Shown: positions 57,349 through 64,000 of the stretch, piece by piece
How the letters are laid out: each line of letters opens with the position of its first letter
How positions within the stretch are numbered: position 1 is the stretch's first letter
Origin: an uncultured delta proteobacterium
Lineage (GTDB): Bacteria; Desulfobacterota; Binatia; HRBIN30; BPIQ01
DNA length: 64,000 bases
Assembly (NCBI GenBank): GCA_963761335.1
Contig: CAVXGR010000013.1
Span: forward strand, 96,001 to 160,000
Direction of reading: 5' to 3'
Program-made: the position numbers and the translations under genes
The notes under the pieces: generated by a model
The model's database searches: none
The model's input: only the letters and a program-made list of their open reading frames with translations
Told to the model about the DNA's origin: nothing

Positions 57349-59017
57349 GCGCCGCCTGTGCCGGCTCGGCGGCGGCCGCAAAGGCCTTCGTGCTCTGCAC
57401 GTGCGCCTCGTACTGGGTCACCTCTTGCTGAATGCGGTCGGCATCCCAGTCGAGCATCCTGCCCATGATGGCGGCCACTGCCGCGGCGACCGGGACACCG
57501 TTCTCCGGGTCCCACAGGAAGAGCCGCGTGCGCCGCTCGAGCACATCCTCGACGGTGGCGGCGAACTCCTCGCGGACGACGTACTCGACCTCGGCCTGAG
57601 TGAGTGCGGAGTCGGGGGCCAGCCGCTTTCCTCGCTGCGGATCAGCGGCGATTCCCTGGACGATGCGCTCGGCGTTCGACCCGTAGAGCTCGACGAGCCG
57701 CTCGACGACGTCCGCCGGCACTGATGGCCACTTCGCCGCGAGTCGTTCCGCGAAGGCGGCGACGTCGGCGCCGGTGTCGCCACCGCTGAGCAGGTCCGTA
57801 TCGCTGGACCCTTTCGCGGTGGGCGCCGCGGCGCCCGGCTCCTTCAAGCGCTCGACCACCATGTCGACGACCCGCTCGGCCATGCGGCGGAAGGTGGTGA
57901 GCTTGCCGCCGGCCACGGAGATGAGGCCGGCCGGGCTCACCATGATCTCGTCCTTGCGCGACAGCTCGGTCGGCTTCTTGCCTTCCTCGTGCAACAAGGG
58001 CCGCAGACCGGCCCAGGCGCCGGTCACCTCGTCGAGGCGGATCGGCGGCACGTCGAAGGTGCGCTCCACCGCCTCCAACAGATAGAGGGCGTCCTCCTCG
58101 GTGACCACGGGGTTGTCGAGGGGACCATCGTAGTCGGTGTCGGTGGTTCCCAGATAGACCACCGGCCCCCGCGGGATGACGAAGACGGCCCGCCGGTCGC
58201 GGGCCAGCATCACCACGATGTGGGAGATCGGCAGGCGCTCGTGGCGCAGGAGCACGTGAATGCCCTTGGTGAGGTGCAGGCGGCTTTGCTCGTTGCCGCC
58301 GAGGAGACGCACAGCGTCCACCCAGGGACCGGCGGCATTGACCACCGTCCGGGCACGCACCTGGAACACTTGATCCCCGAGCGCGTCGGTCACCTCGGCG
58401 CCGGTGACGCGGCCATCCTCGACGAGCAGGTCGGTAACCGCCGCGTAATTCAGCACCGTAGCCCCCAGCGCCGCGGCGCGCTTCATGGTGGCGACCACCA
58501 GACGCGCATCGTCCGTCAGGTACTCGTAATACATGCCGGCGCCGTACAGGTGCTCGCCGCGGAGGAGCGGCTCGGCTGCCAGCGTCTGGTCGCGGTCGAG
58601 CATGCGATAACGCTCATCTTCGTTCACCCGCGCCATGCGGTCGTAGGTCCAGAGGCCGACACTCAGCTTGGCGTAGCCGCCGCGCGATGACACCGGCACC
58701 AGCATGTGGGCGGGACGCGCCAGGTATGGAGCCACCTTGCGAACGGCCCGGCGTTCACTCGCCGCCTCGATCACCAGGCCCACGTCGCCCTGCTGGAGAT
58801 AGCGCACGCCGCCGTGGATGAGCTTGGACGAGCGGCTGCTGGTCCCGCAGGCGAAGTCGCGCCGCTCCACCAGCGCAACATCGAGGCCGCGCAGAACGGC
58901 GTCGCGGGCCACACCGGCGCCGGTGATTCCGCCGCCGATCACCAGCAAGTCGAAGGTCTTCCCCCCGAGGCGCGCCAGGATCTCGGGGCGCGCCCGTTGC
59001 GAGAATTCACCTGACAT
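57341..59017 (-). CDS. glpD: Glycerol-3-phosphate dehydrogenase/oxidase
   Basis: Motifs GGGITGAG, GTSSRSSKLIHGGVRYL, DDARL and GGKLTT. Confidence 0.9.
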   Translation of the reverse strand: MSGEFSQRARPEILARLGGKTFDLLVIGGGITGAGVARDAVLRGLDVALVERRDFACGTSSRSSKLIHGGVRYLQQGDVGLVIEAASERRAVRKVAPYLARPAHMLVPVSSRGGYAKLSVGLWTYDRMARVNEDERYRMLDRDQTLAAEPLLRGEHLYGAGMYYEYLTDDARLVVATMKRAAALGATVLNYAAVTDLLVEDGRVTGAEVTDALGDQVFQVRARTVVNAAGPWVDAVRLLGGNEQSRLHLTKGIHVLLRHERLPISHIVVMLARDRRAVFVIPRGPVVYLGTTDTDYDGPLDNPVVTEEDALYLLEAVERTFDVPPIRLDEVTGAWAGLRPLLHEEGKKPTELSRKDEIMVSPAGLISVAGGKLTTFRRMAERVVDMVVERLKEPGAAAPTAKGSSDTDLLSGGDTGADVAAFAERLAAKWPSVPADVVERLVELYGSNAERIVQGIAADPQRGKRLAPDSALTQAEVEYVVREEFAATVEDVLERRTRLFLWDPENGVPVAAAVAAIMGRMLDWDADRIQQEVTQYEAHVQSTKAFAAAAEPAQAAHG

Positions 59018-59142
59018 GGTTCACCGATCCCCCTCGAGCGCTAGAACAACGGCCCACATTCCACTGCGCCCCGCCGTTTGTCAACGCGCTTGGAGGCCCG
59101 TGAAGAGAGGTGGGCCCGACCGGCCCCGCCCCCACCGCCGGC

Positions 59143-59182
59143 TGACGCAGCGCATTGACAAAATGACGCAGTGTGTTAAAGT
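59143..59182 (+). promoter_or_regulatory. Promoter with tandem TGACGCAG boxes upstream of the phasin-like gene
   Basis: TTGACA (59155-59160), 16-bp spacer, TAAAGT; TGACGCAG at 59143 and 59164. Confidence 0.55.
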
Positions 59183-59206
59183 ACCCGGTAGGTACAGGAG
59201 GGTTTG

Positions 59207-59611
59207 ATGGCAACCAAACGGAAGAAGAAGGAGACGGTGGCGTCCCGCGTTGAGACCGGCATCCGCCAGGCGCGCAAAGAGGCGACCACACTGTTGCGGA
59301 CGGCCCGCAAGCGCGTCGACGCGGTGCTTCCGGCGGCGCAGAAGAAGCAGATCTCGCAGCTGGAGAGCCGCATCGAGAAGATGCGCAAGGAGCTCGACCG
59401 CAGCCGCACGCGGGCGCTCAAGGAGGCCGAGCATCGTATGCGTCAGCTGATCGGCAATGTCGAAGACCGGGCGGTGAAGCTGGTAAAGCCGGTGATCAGC
59501 CGCTTGGATCTGGCGACCAAATCGGATGTTGACCGCCTGCGCAAGCGCATCAGTGACTTGGAGATGCGCGTCCACAAGACGGTCAGCACGGCCCACACTA
59601 GCGCCGCCTGA
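59207..59611 (+). CDS. Phasin-like (PhaF/PhaI) coiled-coil protein
   Basis: RLDLATKSDVDRLRKRISDLE C-terminal motif; AGGAGG RBS. Confidence 0.65.
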   Translation: MATKRKKKETVASRVETGIRQARKEATTLLRTARKRVDAVLPAAQKKQISQLESRIEKMRKELDRSRTRALKEAEHRMRQLIGNVEDRAVKLVKPVISRLDLATKSDVDRLRKRISDLEMRVHKTVSTAHTSAA

Positions 59612-61178
59612 CCGGCGGTCGTCCCCAGCCACCCCCGCCGGGGGTGGCGAGGCGCAAACGCTCGCCGCGGCGGCCGTAGAAGGTCGTCTTCGCAGGCAGA
59701 GACCGGGAACGGGAACCGGTAATCAGCCGGTTCTCACCGGGCTCGCCCGGCCTGCCGCCGGCGAGCCCGTATGGGCGGGTGCGCCGGCGCTCGCTCAAGA
59801 CAGAAACCTGAGCGTCGGCGAGCAGCTCGATCTCGCGAACGATGCCGTCGCCGCCGCTTCTCCGGCCGGCGCCGCCCGAGCCCGGACGCAGGCTATAGCG
59901 GGTGACGCGCAGGGGGTAGTACGCCTCCAAGGCCTCGATCGGAGTGTTGAGGGTGTTGGTCATGTGGCTGTGCATCCCGGAAACCCCCTCCCGCGTCGGG
60001 CCGCCGCCGGTGCCGCCGGCGACGGTCTCGTAGTAGGCGAACTCGCGGCCGCGCAGTGGGTCATACCCGCCGATGGCGACGTTGTTCATGGAACCGTTGC
60101 TCGCCGCCGGAATGCGCCCGGGAAGGGCGCGGCTCAGGGCCCGAAAGATCACGTCGACGAGGCGCTGTGAGGTCTCGACGTTCCCCGCGGCAACGGCCGC
60201 GGGGAAGCGCGCGTTGACCACCGAACCGAGCGGTGCGATGACGCGTACCGGCCGCATCATGCCGGCGTTCGCCGGAATGGCGAACGGGGTAATACAGCGC
60301 ACGGCGTAGAACACAGCTGCCAGCGTAATCGCCTGGTTGGCGTTCACACCGCCGCGCACCTGAGGAGAGCTGCCGGTGAAATCGAACACCGCCTGCCCCC
60401 CGCGTATGGCGATGGCCACATGCACGGGGATGTCGCGCGTCCCGAAGCCGTCGTCGTCGAGGAGATCGCGGGCCGTATAGCGACCGTCGGGAATGCGGTG
60501 AAAGGCGGCGCGCGTCAGCCGCTCGGAGTAGAGCTGCAGAGCGAGCATCAGTCTCCGCGTTGCCGGCCTTCCCTGCACGTGGACCAGGTCGCGCAGCCGC
60601 CGGGCACCGAGGTCGAGCGCCGCCCGCTGCGCCAGCAGGTCAGCGCGCCGCTCACTGGCCCCTCGGACATTGGCGAGGAGAAGCTCGAGAATGCCCTCGT
60701 CGACAGCGCCGGCACGCACCAGGAGGAGCGGCGGAATGCGCACACCCTCCTGGAAGATCTCGGTGGCAAGCGGCATGGACCCGGGTGTCATGCCGCCGAT
60801 GTCGGCGTGGTGAGCGCGATTGGCGACGTAGGCGAACGGCCGCCGCGAGGCGCCGACGAATACCGGCGCCACCAGTGTCAGGTCGGGGAGGTGCGTGCCT
60901 CCGGCGTACGGATCGTTGAGCATCGCCACATCGCCCGCGCGCATCTCCAGGCGATCGATCGCGGCACGCACCGAGAGCGGCGTGGAGCCCAGGTGCACCG
61001 GGATGTGCGCCGCGTGCGCGACCATGCCGCCGTCGCCGTCGAAGACAGCGCACGAGAAGTCGCGGCGCTCCTTGATATTGGGCGAGAAGGAGCTGCGCGC
61101 CAGAGCGGCCCCCATCTCCTCCGCCACCGCGGCCAGGCGATGGTGGAAGACCTCGAGAGTGACCGGATCAACGGCCAT
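59598..61178 (-). CDS. Hydantoinase B/oxoprolinase family protein
   Basis: Motifs SPNIKERRDFSCA, HIPVHLGS, NDPYAGGTHLPD and TPGGGG. Confidence 0.93.
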   Translation of the reverse strand: MAVDPVTLEVFHHRLAAVAEEMGAALARSSFSPNIKERRDFSCAVFDGDGGMVAHAAHIPVHLGSTPLSVRAAIDRLEMRAGDVAMLNDPYAGGTHLPDLTLVAPVFVGASRRPFAYVANRAHHADIGGMTPGSMPLATEIFQEGVRIPPLLLVRAGAVDEGILELLLANVRGASERRADLLAQRAALDLGARRLRDLVHVQGRPATRRLMLALQLYSERLTRAAFHRIPDGRYTARDLLDDDGFGTRDIPVHVAIAIRGGQAVFDFTGSSPQVRGGVNANQAITLAAVFYAVRCITPFAIPANAGMMRPVRVIAPLGSVVNARFPAAVAAGNVETSQRLVDVIFRALSRALPGRIPAASNGSMNNVAIGGYDPLRGREFAYYETVAGGTGGGPTREGVSGMHSHMTNTLNTPIEALEAYYPLRVTRYSLRPGSGGAGRRSGGDGIVREIELLADAQVSVLSERRRTRPYGLAGGRPGEPGENRLITGSRSRSLPAKTTFYGRRGERLRLATPGGGGWGRPPVRRR

Positions 61179-63210
61179 GGCGCAGGTGCAGATGTCCGCG
61201 GCGATCGGCGCGCGCCGTCCATCCCCGAGGCAGGTAGGTGGTGGCGCTGAGCTCAGTGATCACCGCCGGGCCGCGGAGAGAGGCTGCGGTCCGCAGCGAG
61301 CGGCGCTCAACCTGCAGGGCCCGCAACCAGCGGCCGGCGAAGAGAGGCGCACTCGTCGGCGTGGCGATCTCCGGCCGGAAGGCGGGCAGAGAGCGGCGGC
61401 CTCGCAGGCCGCGGGCGCTGACCCGGACGGCGACGATCTCGACAGGCCGCTGCCGGTCCTGATGGCCGTAGAGGCGCTGGTGCTCGCGGTGAAAGGCAGC
61501 GGCATAGCCTCGCCCCATCGGAATGTCGATCTCGTGTGACTGACCCGCGTAGCGCCCGGCGAGCGAGGCCGTCAGGCGCACGCACGCCGGGGAAAACCCC
61601 TCGGCCCGCAGATCGCGGCGGGCGCGCTCCACCAGTCGCCGCCGTACGCCGTCCAACCGGTCGACGGAGGGATCTTCCCAGCGCACCGTCTGCATGTAGT
61701 CGCGCAACACGTCGGCAGTCGCCGCCCCCCAGGCGGAAAGAACCCCGGGATCTCGCGGGATCAGCACTCGTGTCATCCCCAGGCTCTCCGCCATCTCACA
61801 AGCGTGCAGCCCCGCCGCCCCGCCGAACGCCAGCAGAGCATAGTCGCGGGGATCGAGGCCGCGTTCTACCGAGACGGCGCGGATGGCGCGCTCCATGGCC
61901 GCGTTGACCACGCGGATGACTCCCGAGGCGACGGTCTCCAGATCGAGACCGAGCTGGCGACCGAGGTGGGCGAGTGCGGCGCGCGCGCGATCCACGTCCA
62001 GCGGAAACCCCCCGCCCAGCAGAGACGATGGCAGGCGGCCGAGGACGAGGTTGGCGTCGGTCACCGTCGCTCGCTCCCCTCGCCCGTAGCACGCCGGGCC
62101 CGGTTGCGCCCCGGCGCTCTCCGGGCCCACCTTCAGCACGCCGCCCGGGTCGCAGCTGGCGATCGACCCGCCCCCGGCTCCCACCGTGTGAATGTCCACC
62201 GCGGGGACGTTCATGGGAAGGCCGCCCACGGCGCACTGGTGGTGCCGGCGGGGCTCGCCGTCGACGAGGCTGACGTCTGTCGAGGTGCCGCCCATGTCGA
62301 GCGTGATGACCCGCCGATAGCCGGCGGAGCGCGCCATCGCCGCGGCACCGACAACTCCACCCGCCGGACCAGAGAGAATCGTCCGCACCGCCTCGCGGGC
62401 CGCTGTCGCCGCACTGAGGGCACCCCCGTTCGACTGCATGACGCGTACCTGCGCGCCCCGCAGACCGCGCGAGAGCTCGGCGATATGACCCTTCATCTTC
62501 GGCGACACGTAGGCGTTGATCACTGCCGTGCTGAAACGCTCGTACTCGCGATGCTGGGCCCCGAGCTCGTGCGATGCCGTGCAGGAGAGGCCGGCGCGCC
62601 GCAGCGCCGCCGCCAGACGTCGCTCGTGGGTCGGGGCGGCGTACGAATGGAGAAAACAGATGGCGACCGCCTCGGCGCCGGATCTCCGCGCCCGCCGCAC
62701 GGCCGCCGCCACCGCCCTTTGGCTGAGCGGCACGAGAATCGAGCCGTCGAAGGCGGCCCGCTCGCGGATGCCGACGCGGTCGTCACGGCTGACCAGGGGA
62801 GGCGGTCGCTCCGGCTCCAGGGCGTACAGCTCGGGGCGTGTCTGCCGGCCGATCTCGATCAGGTCTTCGAAGCCTTCCGTGGTCAGCAGCAGAACGCGCG
62901 CCCCGCTCCGCTCGAGGACGGCATTGGTGGCCACGGTCGATCCGTAGGTCAGGGAGACATCGCGGTCGAGCTCCAGCAGATCGCGCAGACCCTGCAGCAC
63001 GGCTCGCGCCGGGTTATCCGGCGTCGAGGGCACCTTGCCAATCCGCGTCCGCGGACCGTCCACGACGACGATGTCGGTGAACGTCCCGCCGGTGTCCACA
63101 CCGACGAGAAGTGGAGGCCGCTCCGGCGAGATCCGCGAAGCGGCCCCCCGTGAAGTCGGGGCTCCCCGCGCCGCCGGAGATGGGAGAGCAACTTTCGGGG
63201 CGGCGCTCAG
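61168..63210 (-). CDS. Hydantoinase A/oxoprolinase family protein (start uncertain)
   Basis: Motifs [26 protein letters not shown] and GAGGGS. No ATG/GTG/TTG in frame upstream of GTG 63099. Confidence 0.88.
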   Translation of the reverse strand: MSAAPKVALPSPAARGAPTSRGAASRISPERPPLLVGVDTGGTFTDIVVVDGPRTRIGKVPSTPDNPARAVLQGLRDLLELDRDVSLTYGSTVATNAVLERSGARVLLLTTEGFEDLIEIGRQTRPELYALEPERPPPLVSRDDRVGIRERAAFDGSILVPLSQRAVAAAVRRARRSGAEAVAICFLHSYAAPTHERRLAAALRRAGLSCTASHELGAQHREYERFSTAVINAYVSPKMKGHIAELSRGLRGAQVRVMQSNGGALSAATAAREAVRTILSGPAGGVVGAAAMARSAGYRRVITLDMGGTSTDVSLVDGEPRRHHQCAVGGLPMNVPAVDIHTVGAGGGSIASCDPGGVLKVGPESAGAQPGPACYGRGERATVTDANLVLGRLPSSLLGGGFPLDVDRARAALAHLGRQLGLDLETVASGVIRVVNAAMERAIRAVSVERGLDPRDYALLAFGGAAGLHACEMAESLGMTRVLIPRDPGVLSAWGAATADVLRDYMQTVRWEDPSVDRLDGVRRRLVERARRDLRAEGFSPACVRLTASLAGRYAGQSHEIDIPMGRGYAAAFHREHQRLYGHQDRQRPVEIVAVRVSARGLRGRRSLPAFRPEIATPTSAPLFAGRWLRALQVERRSLRTAASLRGPAVITELSATTYLPRGWTARADRRGHLHLRHGR

Positions 63211-63527
63211 GCGGCCGCCTTCTTGCCTTTGGCTTCAGCTTTTTCCGGCTTTTTCTTCTCGGACTTCTTCTCCGAGCTGGACTCGCCGCTGGCGCTGGAA
63301 TCTCCGCCCGAAGCCTTCTCCGACTTGTCCTCTTTGCTGCCGCCCGAACCGCTGCGGGCGTAATCGGTCACGTACCACCCGGAGCCTTTGAGCTGAAATG
63401 AGGTGTTCGACATCAGCTTGCGGACCTTGCTCTTGCAGGTCGGGCACTTTTTCAGCGGCGCCTCGGTGATCCGCTGCATCACCTCGAACTCGCCGCACTT
63501 GTCACACTGATATTCGTAGATCGGCAT
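63207..63527 (-). CDS. FmdB-family zinc ribbon protein
   Basis: [12 protein letters not shown]...CPTC...[11 protein letters not shown]. Confidence 0.92.
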   Translation of the reverse strand: MPIYEYQCDKCGEFEVMQRITEAPLKKCPTCKSKVRKLMSNTSFQLKGSGWYVTDYARSGSGGSKEDKSEKASGGDSSASGESSSEKKSEKKKPEKAEAKGKKAAA

Positions 63528-63727
63528 CTGACACCCCGTTGAAGTCGATTCGGACCACTTCCCGAATTAATTATCCGGCGTCCGCTTGTCAACGCGCGGG
63601 CAGTACCTGTGGCCCGGTGGCTCAGTGGCTCGGTAGGGACGCTCCAAGCAGGATTCTCTCCAAGCAGGATTCTAACGACCCGACACGGCACCGAGATACC
63701 GGGCCACCGAGCCACTGAGCCACCAGG

Positions 63728-64000
63728 TCAGAGGCCGGCGATCTCTCGCAGGCGCCTGAGGATCGCTCCCGGGTCGTCGACCCGCAGCTCGAGGAGCTTG
63801 CTGCGGCCGCGTTCCCCGGAGAGCAGACGGAGCTGATCGCGGCGCAGGCCGAGAGCCCCAGCGAGGTACTCGATCAGCGCCGCATTGGCGGCGCCCTCCA
63901 CCGCCGGGGCGGCGATCTGCAGCTTCAGGGCGTCGCCGTAGAGGCCGGCAACACGGTTGCGGGAGGCACGCGGTTGTACCCTCAGCCGCAGCTGCAAGCG
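63728..64000 (-). CDS. DUF167 (YggU-like) protein, partial
   Basis: VQPRASR...APAVEGAAN...GERGRSK; start lies beyond the window end. Confidence 0.88.
   Translation of the reverse strand, partial: RLQLRLRVQPRASRNRVAGLYGDALKLQIAAPAVEGAANAALIEYLAGALGLRRDQLRLLSGERGRSKLLELRVDDPGAILRRLREIAGL

Noticed and set aside
54451..57468. 1005-aa plus-strand ORF and similar long ORFs (2948-5401, 28869-31322, 44184-46577)
   Set aside because: Antisense or alternate-frame shadows of well-supported genes, expected at this GC content.
1..64000. tRNA, rRNA, riboswitch, retron or prophage
   Set aside because: None recognisable by eye; a covariance-model scan (Rfam, tRNAscan-SE) would be needed to exclude small RNAs.

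Overview
High-GC bacterial chromosomal window. The acyl-CoA-ligase-rich metabolism and GGGC-type C-terminal sorting tails suggest a Deltaproteobacteria-like lineage such as Binatota; this is inference only. Most of the window is metabolic or housekeeping: a 2-oxoacid/acetoin dehydrogenase E1a/E1b/E2 operon, two glycerol-kinase/G3P-dehydrogenase-like clusters, four acyl-CoA ligases, CoA transferases, a thiolase plus DUF35 pair, ClpP, glutamate-cysteine ligase, prfB with its +1 frameshift, a DnaQ-GIY-YIG fusion, a phasin-like gene and hydantoinase/oxoprolinase A/B. The accessory content is the most interesting part. (i) An IS110-family element (12552-14267) sits inside a REP palindrome, has long non-coding ends, and its circle junction would form a TTGACA-17-TACCAT promoter. 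(ii) A ~6.4 kb integron island (21051-27481) holds an internally deleted intI, a putative attI and about 9 cassettes with attC sites, including two HEPN-like genes and a Doc toxin-antitoxin pair; it is bracketed by a 31-bp direct repeat. (iii) A non-coding element inserts at the same CAG of one REP family three times and carries interchangeable REP cargo. (iv) An aminotransferase is fused to a MurF-like domain in an envelope-type operon. No rRNA, tRNA or CRISPR array was seen. All calls come from reading motifs by eye; no database searches were run.
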